Assembly (NCBI GenBank): GCA_041650755.1
Contig: JBAZKN010000004.1
Coordinates: 4,624 to 68,623, forward strand
Source of the DNA: Patescibacteria group bacterium
Lineage (GTDB): Bacteria > Patescibacteriota > Patescibacteriia > UBA1558 > GWA2-36-10
DNA length: 64,000 bases
Direction of reading: 5' to 3'
Translations under genes and position numbers: made by a program
Notes under the pieces: generated by a model
Databases searched by the model: none
Seen by the model: only the letters and a program-made list of their open reading frames with translations
What the model was told of the DNA's origin: nothing
In this document: positions 1 to 8,679 of the stretch, in pieces
Layout of the letters: every line of letters begins with the position of its first letter
How positions within the stretch are numbered: the stretch's first letter is position 1

Positions 1-40
1 AATATCGAAATTAGACACAATTTTTCCGCCCCAGAAAGAG

Positions 41-781
41 ATGCAATTATTTTTTATAGCAGCGCTTGAGGGCTATCTTAGCAATAGTGTATATAAAGAT
101 ATATTTGAAGCGCTCAAAAAGGTATATTGGGACGCCATAGTATTATTAGGAAAAAATCAAGATAAGGCTGGTTATAGAGTAGCTGATATTGATGAGCGTT
201 TGCCTCAGCATTTAATGGTGGTTTATATTCGCGATTCAAAACACGATGACCTAATACAACATTTCTTTTCGGATGCTCCGGCTAAAGTCCGGGGGCAGGC
301 TATTAATTTCCTGGGTAGAGTAATTCTGCGCGAGGTTTCTGGTTACGCAGATAAAGAAATTGTTGTTGAGAGAATCGGTAAGCTTTGGGATCAGAGAATT
401 TCTTCCTCTGGAACTACCGAGACCGAAGAACTTCAAGAGTTTGGATGGTGGTTTAAACAGAGTCCTTTTGGTCGCAAAAATACTATTGATAGGCTCTTGA
501 AAACCCTAAATGTCTCTAAGGGAATCATTGATGTCGCTTACGAAATTATTGAGGAGCTGCAAGAATATGCCCCCGAACTTCCTATAGAAACTATTACGGT
601 ATTAGATTTGATAGCTCGTGCCGAGCGAGAATATCATGAATTTTCTTATAAAAAAGAGGAATACAAGGAAATTATTCGCCGAGTAAAAGCGACTGGGAAT
701 GAAGAGGCGATCCAAAAAGCTAATGAACTGATTAATTTTTTGGGATCAAAAGGGTTTATTGAATTCAGAGAATTACTATAA
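41..781 (+). CDS. Hypothetical protein, first gene of a 4-gene cluster. The reading frame stays open to the window edge, so it may extend upstream.
   Basis: 246-aa ORF with AAAGAG upstream of the ATG at 41 and no stop between pos 2 and 41. It overlaps the next ORF by 23 nt, suggesting coupling. No recognisable motif. Confidence 0.5.
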   Translation: MQLFFIAALEGYLSNSVYKDIFEALKKVYWDAIVLLGKNQDKAGYRVADIDERLPQHLMVVYIRDSKHDDLIQHFFSDAPAKVRGQAINFLGRVILREVSGYADKEIVVERIGKLWDQRISSSGTTETEELQEFGWWFKQSPFGRKNTIDRLLKTLNVSKGIIDVAYEIIEELQEYAPELPIETITVLDLIARAEREYHEFSYKKEEYKEIIRRVKATGNEEAIQKANELINFLGSKGFIEFRELL

Positions 782-2339
782 ATTTATGGCTAATATAAAA
801 ATCCAAACTTCATCTGATATTGAATTTTCTAGGAACTTTACCATCGAAGATTTTAATAAAACGGTAAAGGATTTTGACCTAGTAGGTTCATTAATGTCTC
901 TGCAAAAATTAGGAGCGCTCATGGGAAATCAGGTTGCCGTAAATGTAAACTTGGAATTTGAATTCTATGCTTCACCTAAAATAAAACAGAGAGCCGGCAT
1001 GCTAACGAGGGATTTTGTTTCTTTTGCTGCAAAATACATTTTATTGAACTGCAAAAAACAAGAGCTACAGTACAATGATGTAGACTTGGCAAGTTTGGTT
1101 TATCTATATGGGAACTTGGAAATTGACCTTCATAAATTAAAATCCGGAGAAGAAACAAAAAAGAATGGCTGGCTTTGGGTCGTTAGGTCAACAAATCATC
1201 AATGGTATTATCTTAGATTTCACTCAAGCATTATTGCACGATATTATTGGATTTTTTCCAAAGTTTTTGAAAAAAACGAAATGCTTGGACAAAAATTGAA
1301 CCAAGCGTTGGATATGAATGTTTTTGATGCAATGAAGATTGGGACCTGCATCTACGCTAATTTCTGTCCACGAGAGGATGGTAAGTTTGCAACGTCGTTT
1401 TTGATGGATAGCTATACAAAAACTTCGATATTGGAATTAAGGCCATTGCTAACTGAACAAAATATCTTGAGATATTTTGATGTTTTTGCTATTACACAAA
1501 AACAGTTTCAAGAAGAAAACAAAAAGTTTGAGCTTGCGGATGACTCTTTGAAAAAGTACGAATTTAACCCTCTCAAAAGGTTCCCCGTAATCAAGACTGA
1601 TTCAGAAAAAAAGAATGAACAATATATAATCCCATCTCTCTCTGATTTTTTGTATGGCGCGTTTGAGGGCCTTTATTATGTTCTCTTAGATAAGTTGGAT
1701 GAGGCTGATAAAGCGACTTTACTTCAAGAAATTGGGAGTGTTTTCGAAATGTATATTGGAGAATTCTTAAAACAATACAACATTGATATTCTTAGTCGGG
1801 CTGTAATATTTCCGGAAAAAATATACAAAATTGGCTCCGATGAATGGAAGACCGTCGACTGGCTATTGGTTTCAGATGAGTACATTTTTCAGATTGAATG
1901 CAAGAAGAGAAAAATTGATACTTACTCGAAAGCAGGAATTCAAAGCGAGAATGGTACCGGTATTGATAATTTATTGGGAGATGTAGCTAAAGAGCTAGAT
2001 AAGATAGCTGAGAAAGAGAAACATATTAAGGAGAATAAAGTTGAGGGCGTAGCTTATAATGGCCAAAAAATTATTAATATGATTGTCTTTTTGGATGAAA
2101 TGTTTGGCATGAATGACTATGCTAGAGAGAAAATTAAAGAAAAGATGGAACAGCCTAGTAATAATTTTTATATATTTGGTTGCTGGGAATTTGAATTAAT
2201 ATGTCAGCAATCGAAAGACAAACAACAGAATTTGTTTTATTCAATTCAGGACTTAATCGCTGGTAGAGTAAATATTTATCACATTGATTTTCTTGATCGG
2301 GTTTACCATAATTTTTTTGATTCTATAAAAAGTACATAA
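759..2339 (+). CDS. Hypothetical protein with a PD-(D/E)xK-like nuclease motif
   Basis: 526-aa ORF. The segment TVDWLLVSDEYIFQIECKK (nt ~1853-1910) fits a hydrophobic-D ... hydrophobic-ExK pattern with 16-aa spacing. No Walker motifs seen. Translationally coupled to its neighbours. Confidence 0.6.
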   Translation: MNSENYYKFMANIKIQTSSDIEFSRNFTIEDFNKTVKDFDLVGSLMSLQKLGALMGNQVAVNVNLEFEFYASPKIKQRAGMLTRDFVSFAAKYILLNCKKQELQYNDVDLASLVYLYGNLEIDLHKLKSGEETKKNGWLWVVRSTNHQWYYLRFHSSIIARYYWIFSKVFEKNEMLGQKLNQALDMNVFDAMKIGTCIYANFCPREDGKFATSFLMDSYTKTSILELRPLLTEQNILRYFDVFAITQKQFQEENKKFELADDSLKKYEFNPLKRFPVIKTDSEKKNEQYIIPSLSDFLYGAFEGLYYVLLDKLDEADKATLLQEIGSVFEMYIGEFLKQYNIDILSRAVIFPEKIYKIGSDEWKTVDWLLVSDEYIFQIECKKRKIDTYSKAGIQSENGTGIDNLLGDVAKELDKIAEKEKHIKENKVEGVAYNGQKIINMIVFLDEMFGMNDYAREKIKEKMEQPSNNFYIFGCWEFELICQQSKDKQQNLFYSIQDLIAGRVNIYHIDFLDRVYHNFFDSIKST

Positions 2340-2364
2340 TAATCAAGGAACGGAAATTAATTAT

Positions 2365-3093
2365 ATGAATGGTGTTAAAAAATTTCTTAGGAGAACAGAA
2401 ACCAGTTTAATACAATTCTTTTTGTATGTTGGGGCTTTAATATATCTATTGGTAACGGGCCATGGCTGGCTTTCGGTTGTCTTCGTCCATCTCTTTTTTG
2501 TGGTTATCTATGGCATTATTTATTTCAGAGAAGATTTTTTATTGTTTTTCCTTTCGCCTGTAACGGCAATAATTTTCCCCATCCAAAATTACCTTTTAAG
2601 AAAATATTTAAAAAAATTTAAACAAAATATTCCAACAGAGGCGGTTATTGTTTTAGGGCGATCTGACTGGTTCAAGCTTGAAGCTTGGATTAAACATAAC
2701 TTTCTCAAGAGTGAAATTGAATCACTTATTAGATACTTGAAAGCAAAAGGCCAGGATTTTTCCTTTTACCCAGATGCAGATTTAAAGGATATTGAAAAAA
2801 TTATGAGTGATAAGAATATAAAAGAAGTGTATTTTTTCGGACACGGGACTTCGCATGTATTTCAACTGAGTGCCGATAATTATTTATATTATTGTGATTT
2901 TAATGATCAGCATAAATATGGGAAAGAATTTGTCCACCAGGTACACTGTGGCACCTCGGACGGAAAAAGCTTAGTTGATTATGTCGTTCCTAAAGAAAAC
3001 CAAAATGGATGCTTTCTTTTCAGAAAACCTATAAATTCCTTTGACATTCAAAAGGAGTTCAAAAGAAGGACTAAAAACTTAATAAAAAAATGA
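2365..3093 (+). CDS. Membrane-anchored hypothetical protein with a putative His/Cys motif
   Basis: 242 aa. The N-terminal ~90 aa are strongly hydrophobic (2-3 TM). The C-terminal domain carries EVYFFGHGTSH ... FVHQVHCGTSDG, which resembles a beta-strand-HG / beta-strand-xCxxSG catalytic dyad arrangement (speculative). Stop overlaps the next start (ATGA). Confidence 0.55.
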   Translation: MNGVKKFLRRTETSLIQFFLYVGALIYLLVTGHGWLSVVFVHLFFVVIYGIIYFREDFLLFFLSPVTAIIFPIQNYLLRKYLKKFKQNIPTEAVIVLGRSDWFKLEAWIKHNFLKSEIESLIRYLKAKGQDFSFYPDADLKDIEKIMSDKNIKEVYFFGHGTSHVFQLSADNYLYYCDFNDQHKYGKEFVHQVHCGTSDGKSLVDYVVPKENQNGCFLFRKPINSFDIQKEFKRRTKNLIKK

Positions 3094-4001
3094 AAACTTT
3101 TACTGTTAACGATATAGATAGTCTCCAAAAGGAATTTTACCAGATGTACGATCCGGATTATTGGCTATACAGAATAATGCTTTTGAAGAACTCCCACGAC
3201 GATTTCGATCAACTCAAGTCAAGCTTAACAAAAAATACAGAAAAGACAATTGATAAAGATTTTAGACGGGTAATGCGGACCGAAATGCATTTTCTTTACT
3301 TTCAAATGATTGAAACTTTGTTCGAGATAATCTTTGCTGTTTCGGAAAGTGATAATCGGGATTTATGGTTAGCGCTCACCTTTTCTGATTTTAGGAATAA
3401 TTACAAAAAGATTGCGGAGTTAAACGACCGATCTGAAATTTTTATTGAGAGGATAAAGACCGAAGTAGATGGAAAGCAAACGGAAGTTCCTGCCCTAAGA
3501 TGGATTTTTTATTTTATTTATCCGTCGAAGTTAAGCGATGGGGACTGGATAAAAAATTTAGAAAATATCAAGCGATTGCTTTTGACTTTTGCTCGGGACT
3601 TTTCTGACAGAGGAGAATATAACGCCTATAAACATTCGCTCCGTTTCTATAACTCTCCGTTTTCTATGGCTATCGGTATAACCGGTAGCAAACAAACGCA
3701 TTCGTTGGGTTCGTCTGAAGATTGCATTACATTCCTTGAGGAGCAGAAAAAGATAGATTCAGATGGTAAATTGCAGGCTACCGGCCAAATCATGAGGACC
3801 CAAAAACCCTTTGACTTTCAAAGGGATTATGAGAGATGTATTTTAATCTATGCTATGATTAAAAATATCATCTATACCAGAAAATATACGATCTTAAATG
3901 AGCTACACGGCCAGAATTTCGCAATGGCCAATTTTGTTGATTTGGATTTTTATAAGACTGCTTTTTCTGGGGGCGTAACGAAGTCTAGCTTTACTGCTTA
4001 G
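3090..4001 (+). CDS. Hypothetical protein, last gene of the 4-gene cluster
   Basis: 303-aa ORF with a 4-nt overlap to the upstream ORF. No recognisable motifs. Confidence 0.55.
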   Translation: MKTFTVNDIDSLQKEFYQMYDPDYWLYRIMLLKNSHDDFDQLKSSLTKNTEKTIDKDFRRVMRTEMHFLYFQMIETLFEIIFAVSESDNRDLWLALTFSDFRNNYKKIAELNDRSEIFIERIKTEVDGKQTEVPALRWIFYFIYPSKLSDGDWIKNLENIKRLLLTFARDFSDRGEYNAYKHSLRFYNSPFSMAIGITGSKQTHSLGSSEDCITFLEEQKKIDSDGKLQATGQIMRTQKPFDFQRDYERCILIYAMIKNIIYTRKYTILNELHGQNFAMANFVDLDFYKTAFSGGVTKSSFTA

Positions 4002-4002
4002 G

Positions 4003-4153
4003 TTACTCAATCCAATCAAACGGCGACTCATGGCGGAGCATTTTGACGGCCGCGTCCATTTCGTAGGAGTGCCAGCCGTTCATGATTACGGTTCTAAGTT
4101 CACGCACGGCTCTGAGCCAACAAAAAAAATGTAACGGATAATTTTTTAAGCAT
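4003..4153 (-). other. Small GC-rich ORF or gene remnant (about 50 aa, MLKKLSVTFFCWLRAVRELRTVIMNGWHSYEMDAAVKMLRHESPFDWIE)
   Basis: A roughly 110-bp GC-rich patch (4010-4120) sits in an AT-rich spacer and is readable on the minus strand as the C-terminal end of an ORF. No SD. Could be a pseudogene fragment. Confidence 0.2.
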
Positions 4154-4349
4154 GATTTTAATTTTATAAATATAAACTAAAGATGGCTACCATCTTGTTA
4201 ACTACTAACCAGGCTAAACCGCTATGATCATACCCAAATTGGTAGTTAACAAAAATTAATCAAAAACTGCCTACGCTATAATGGCAACAACCGATATTAA
4301 AATTATTTTTAAAACGAAACCATTTATAAAGAACCAAAAATTCTTATTT

Positions 4350-5633
4350 TTATCCAAACATTAACCATTCCGGCCTAAATATCAACATCAACCCAATTAA
4401 CAGCATTACCAGGCCTCCTATAAGGCGAGAAATTCTGGCATATTTTGTGGTTACTCCCACCATCTCAAGCGTTATCATGGCTACAAAGAAGATAAATAAG
4501 TCATCCAACATGAAAAAAAAGATATACAACAAAATATAAAGATAGTATTGCCATCCGACCATTTGGTTTAATGCCAAAACTTGAGTATACACCGCTGGCA
4601 GACCGGCAGAACAAATAAGCTCCACCAAATTAACGGCAAAAGCTAAAATAATAATTCCCCCCATGGCCAACCACAAACTATTTTGCTGTATCGCCAGCTT
4701 CATCCTTTTAAAAACTTCCTGCCTCTTTTCATTCCCAGCCACCTTACACCCGCTTTCTTTATTAAATAAAAATTCTTTAAGACTATAGCCTCCCCCAAAA
4801 ATCGCCAATAATCCTATCACTATTCTAATCCAGATGACAAACCCCAAAAAAAGAATAAGATTCAGCCAAGCCGACATAAATAAAAAATATACCAAAGCAG
4901 AGGCAATAATGAAGACTGTGCCCAATATCCACATTCGTTTTCTATTTTGCATGCCTAGTAATAGGCTAATCAGAAATAGGAGTGTCCACATGGCACAAGG
5001 ATTAAAGCCATCCAACGCTCCCATGGTTATAGTCAAAATTGGCAATGAAAAATTTAGAATATTAATTTCACCAAATAATGGCAATTTTATATTTTTTTCG
5101 GTTGGCTCCTTGATGGGCTTCGAGGTATTGTCTGGTAAGATTTGATCATCATTGGGCGACTCTGCCTTATTTTGCCCACCAGTGATATCCCCCGCCATTT
5201 TTTTTTCTTGAAATTCTAAATTATTTATTCCAACAATAGAAGAAATCGGGTCGGGGCACTTTTCTAAAGAACACTGTTTTACTTGTTGCTCTATCATCTG
5301 CGGGCTAATACCGTCAGCATAACCGACAAAATGATTATCACTGATAACCAAAAACGGCACACCGTCCACACCTACACCCAATTTTTCTGCAGTTTTTTGT
5401 AGTAAAAGGGCATTTTCTTGACTGTTGTATATTTCATATTCATAAATTTGCAAATTAGGATATTTTCCCTTTAAAACATCAAGAAGATACTGCCTCTCCC
5501 GGGCACAATGGGGGCAGCCATCACCATAAAAAAAATAAACGTTGACTGGAATATTTTGAGCGAAAACCGCTTGAGCTGAAAAAGACAAAACAAATAGCAA
5601 TGCCCCTAATGTTTTTTTAACTATTAATTTCAT
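4350..5633 (-). CDS. Thioredoxin-fold (CPHC) domain fused to a DsbD/CcdA-like polytopic membrane thiol-disulfide transporter
   Basis: Signal peptide followed by YGDGCPHCARE (CxxC) in the N-terminal domain. The C-terminal half has many TM helices with GFNPCA and SAGLPA-type Cys motifs. Confidence 0.65.
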   Translation of the reverse strand: MKLIVKKTLGALLFVLSFSAQAVFAQNIPVNVYFFYGDGCPHCARERQYLLDVLKGKYPNLQIYEYEIYNSQENALLLQKTAEKLGVGVDGVPFLVISDNHFVGYADGISPQMIEQQVKQCSLEKCPDPISSIVGINNLEFQEKKMAGDITGGQNKAESPNDDQILPDNTSKPIKEPTEKNIKLPLFGEINILNFSLPILTITMGALDGFNPCAMWTLLFLISLLLGMQNRKRMWILGTVFIIASALVYFLFMSAWLNLILFLGFVIWIRIVIGLLAIFGGGYSLKEFLFNKESGCKVAGNEKRQEVFKRMKLAIQQNSLWLAMGGIIILAFAVNLVELICSAGLPAVYTQVLALNQMVGWQYYLYILLYIFFFMLDDLFIFFVAMITLEMVGVTTKYARISRLIGGLVMLLIGLMLIFRPEWLMFG

Positions 5634-5636
5634 AGT

Positions 5637-5906
5637 TTATCTTTCCTTGTTTTGATTGATGATTTCAATCAATTCCTTTTTATCTATTTCGCCGGCTAAA
5701 CGCATAAATTCCTTGCCGTCTTTATCTAAAAATATAAAAATCGGCAACACATTAGTAATCTTATACTTTTTTACCATTTCTTTATCTTGATCGAAATCAT
5801 AGTATTCGTTCTCTAGCCATGGATTTTCCGTTTCTATATCTTTCCATCTTGGCTTCATTACCAAACACCCTGGACACCACACTGCACCAAATTTTAGTAC
5901 TTTCAT
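5637..5906 (-). CDS. Thioredoxin-like protein
   Basis: WCPGC active-site motif; 89 aa. Confidence 0.75.
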   Translation of the reverse strand: MKVLKFGAVWCPGCLVMKPRWKDIETENPWLENEYYDFDQDKEMVKKYKITNVLPIFIFLDKDGKEFMRLAGEIDKKELIEIINQNKER

Positions 5907-5912
5907 ATTTTA

Positions 5913-6188
5913 TTATTTAATAATTTGAATCGCCTTACCATTGACAAGGGCGTCGGCGATTTTCTTATAAGAAGAATATAAAATTCTCTGATAAGTGCTG
6001 GTTGATGTTTTCATTTTTTTGGCTGCCTCCTGTTGCTCCAGATCAATTAAATGACGAAGTCTGTAAGCATCCATTTCCTCGGCGGTTAATTCTACAATCT
6101 CAAGTTTTCTCATGGGCACACCTCGAGGCTTAAAATATGTCACATTAGGATCAAATTCTACATGTCTGCAAAGTCTTGGTCTGGGCAT
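5913..6188 (-). CDS. DUF134/UPF0251 family putative DNA-binding protein
   Basis: MPRPRLCRHVEFDP...YFKPRG N-terminus is characteristic of the family. Confidence 0.7.
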   Translation of the reverse strand: MPRPRLCRHVEFDPNVTYFKPRGVPMRKLEIVELTAEEMDAYRLRHLIDLEQQEAAKKMKTSTSTYQRILYSSYKKIADALVNGKAIQIIK

Positions 6189-6285
6189 AGTTGTTGAAAA
6201 ATTATATTAAATTTGATATTGTATATTTGTAAAAGAAGGCTGCGCCGGCCTCTTTACTAGAAGAGGCCGGTTTCCTCGCCTTCTT

Positions 6286-6531
6286 TTACTTTTGACCTTT
6301 TAGGGATTCTTTCTCGGCCTTAACGGCTTCCAGTTCTTTTAAAAGCATCTTTTCCTCATCCTCCAAAGCTTGAAGTTGATTTTTAGGAGAACGAAAAAAT
6401 CTCCCAAATCCAACACCCCGGCCCTGTCCGCGGCCGCACCAACCCGCTCTTATTCCTCCTCCGCAAGGACCCATACCACGGCCGGTCATTGGACCTTGAC
6501 CCATAGGACCCGTCCCATCCATTCTTGCCAT
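6286..6531 (-). CDS. DUF5320 family protein
   Basis: MARMDGTGPMGQGPMTGRGMGPCGGG Gly-rich N-terminus plus a coiled-coil C-terminus. This family is typically adjacent to DUF134. Confidence 0.65.
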   Translation of the reverse strand: MARMDGTGPMGQGPMTGRGMGPCGGGIRAGWCGRGQGRGVGFGRFFRSPKNQLQALEDEEKMLLKELEAVKAEKESLKGQK

Positions 6532-6835
6532 ATTTATATCTATTAATCAATTTGTTAATGGGTAACTCGACCTTTATACGTTACCTATTATGAGTATATA
6601 CCCATAATTATTTTATGTCAAATTCCCTAAATATCATTCTAAAAATCCGTAAATAAGATAATACGTAAAAACAGTAAGCTTGTAAAAATTACGTACCTTA
6701 ATTTTACTAAAAACAACTAGAGAAAGCAACGCCCCAACATTGAGCCACTTAGTAATACTTTATACTAAATTAATCAACAATATAAAAATTTCATAGACAC
6801 TACATAAGGCTAAAAAAATGTGTTATGATTTACTT

Positions 6836-8047
6836 ATGCGCAAAATATTATTCGCTACATTATTATTCTGCCTATTGGTCCCCCACTCGAGTCTAGCGGC
6901 TGGGCTAAATTTAGCCCAAAAATATGCCGGTAAATTTATTATCCAGAGCGAAAGTTATGACCGCTTATGGTATATTGATCCTCAAGAAAAAACCCGCTAT
7001 GTCTTGCGCGATGCCCAAGGAATCATGGACTTTTTCCGACAAAAAGCTACCGGCATCAGCAACAAAGATTTGGCTAAAATAAAAACCGCCGCTAAACAAA
7101 GCTACAATGTCAAACTAACCAATCGTTTTCGGGGAAAATTTTTACTAGCCGCAGAAAATAATGGGGAGATCTGGTATGTCGACCCAGATACTGGCATCAG
7201 ATATTTTCTCAAGGATGGGCAAGCAGCTTATGATTTTTTTGTAAACCGGGCTATTAAATTAAAAAATAATAATTTAAAAAAAATCGCCATAAGCAGCCAG
7301 CAAATTACTCCAAGCTATACTTTCGACAACGTCGCTTATGCTGTCTATAATGATGGTGTTTTCCAGGCAGGCTTGTATAGCAATGATATATTGCCCATTG
7401 CTTCTTTATCAAAACTTATGACCGCCTTAGTACTTTTGGATACCAAGCCAGATTGGCAAAAGAAAATCACCATTACTCCTGAACAAATTAATTATCCAAA
7501 AATTTACGTAGGCAATGACGTAACCTCGGAGGTCAATATTGCCAGCGGGCAAACTATATCTTTTTATGATCTATGGGTGGCTATGCTTTTAGCCTCATCA
7601 AATCAGTCGGCTGTGGCTTTGGCTGAATCCACCGGCCTATCCCGTCAGGACTTTGTGGATAAGATGAATGCCAAGTCTGCTGCTTTGGGCTTGCGTAAAA
7701 CAATCTTTTATGACATTGCCGGGCTAGATGAAGGCAATGCTTCCACGGCCAGAGAAATGGCCCAAATTGCCATAGCTGCTTTTGCTCACCCAGAAATTGC
7801 CGAAGCAACTGCCAAAAATCAGTACACGCTAAATATACTAAATACTGATGGCACCAATACTACCTGTGAAGCAATCAATCGCAACACCAGTTTGATGGCC
7901 TTTGGGCCCGAAGCAGCCAAAAGCGGCTACCTGGTAGAAGCCCAGCGCACCGCTGTACTAAAAAAAGACCCGCAAATCATCGCCATTCTACATGCCAACA
8001 GCATGCAGGAAAGAAATAAAATAATTGCTAAATATTTAGGACAATAA
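6836..8047 (+). CDS. Serine-type D-Ala-D-Ala carboxypeptidase (peptidase S11-like) with two N-terminal repeats of about 55 aa
   Basis: SLSK (SxxK), SSN (SxN) and KSG (KTG) motifs. Signal peptide. Likely start at MRKILF (6836) rather than 6818. N-terminal repeats carry the WY(I/V)DP..G.RY pattern. Confidence 0.7.
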   Translation: MRKILFATLLFCLLVPHSSLAAGLNLAQKYAGKFIIQSESYDRLWYIDPQEKTRYVLRDAQGIMDFFRQKATGISNKDLAKIKTAAKQSYNVKLTNRFRGKFLLAAENNGEIWYVDPDTGIRYFLKDGQAAYDFFVNRAIKLKNNNLKKIAISSQQITPSYTFDNVAYAVYNDGVFQAGLYSNDILPIASLSKLMTALVLLDTKPDWQKKITITPEQINYPKIYVGNDVTSEVNIASGQTISFYDLWVAMLLASSNQSAVALAESTGLSRQDFVDKMNAKSAALGLRKTIFYDIAGLDEGNASTAREMAQIAIAAFAHPEIAEATAKNQYTLNILNTDGTNTTCEAINRNTSLMAFGPEAAKSGYLVEAQRTAVLKKDPQIIAILHANSMQERNKIIAKYLGQ

Positions 8048-8071
8048 AAAAATAATTTCTGGTTTTGAAAT

Positions 8072-8099
8072 AAAAAAGACCGTTTCCGCAGAAACGGCC
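8072..8099 (-). terminator. Rho-independent terminator for the GC-rich ORF 8128..8679
   Basis: GACCGTTTC-CGCA-GAAACGGcC hairpin flanked by an A-run on the plus strand, which is a T-run on the minus strand. Confidence 0.5.
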
Positions 8100-8127
8100 T
8101 GTGCGTGCGCGAAACCACGAGGGCCCG

Positions 8128-8679
8128 CTACATGGGAATGCGCTCTGACTTGAAAGGCGGAGCCTTGTCGTCGGGCACCGGCAGCTGCCAAGTCCAGAAG
8201 CTGGAGTCCTCCAGAGAGGCGAGAGTGTGTCGAGCCGAAGGATCGGCTATGTGCAGGGAACCGGGCAGCAAGATCGAGCTATTGCCCAGCAGCGCATCTC
8301 TGTCGCTGCTGCAAAACCGCGACAACATCTGTCGAACCTGCTCAACTGTCAAGGTCTCGTGCTCGACGGCCAACAAGGCACCCTCGATGACACAAGTGAT
8401 CTCCAGACAGGTGCCATTGTGGCCGTGAAACTCTTGCACACAACCACCGGGCAGAATGGTGTGGATAGCCTGAGCCTGGACATTGAGGCGACCGATGATC
8501 AGCCCCTTGAAATAGGACCTGACCTCCACGCCGCCCTTCTGAATCATCTGGACGACATGGAGCTCACCGCGGACATCGTCTGGCTGCAAACGACACGAGC
8601 GACCAATATCTTCCCTACCCAAGCGATGATCAATGACGAGCCAACCAAGAGGTGGTTGAGTATACAGCATCGAGCTCAT
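8128..8679 (-). CDS. Hypothetical protein encoded in GC-rich island 1
   Basis: 183-aa ORF with GGGAGGG SD 5-6 nt upstream and a terminator downstream. High GC with a G/C-rich third codon position. The strand choice is uncertain because long ORFs exist on both strands. Confidence 0.35.
   Translation of the reverse strand: MSSMLYTQPPLGWLVIDHRLGREDIGRSCRLQPDDVRGELHVVQMIQKGGVEVRSYFKGLIIGRLNVQAQAIHTILPGGCVQEFHGHNGTCLEITCVIEGALLAVEHETLTVEQVRQMLSRFCSSDRDALLGNSSILLPGSLHIADPSARHTLASLEDSSFWTWQLPVPDDKAPPFKSERIPM

Noticed and set aside
4196-4255. Inverted repeat GTTAACTAC-N33-GTAGTTAAC and small hairpin AGATGG-CTA-CCATCT in the spacer after the four-gene cluster
   Set aside because: Short AT-rich inverted repeats are frequent by chance in AT-rich spacers. 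There is no supporting context, so only noted.
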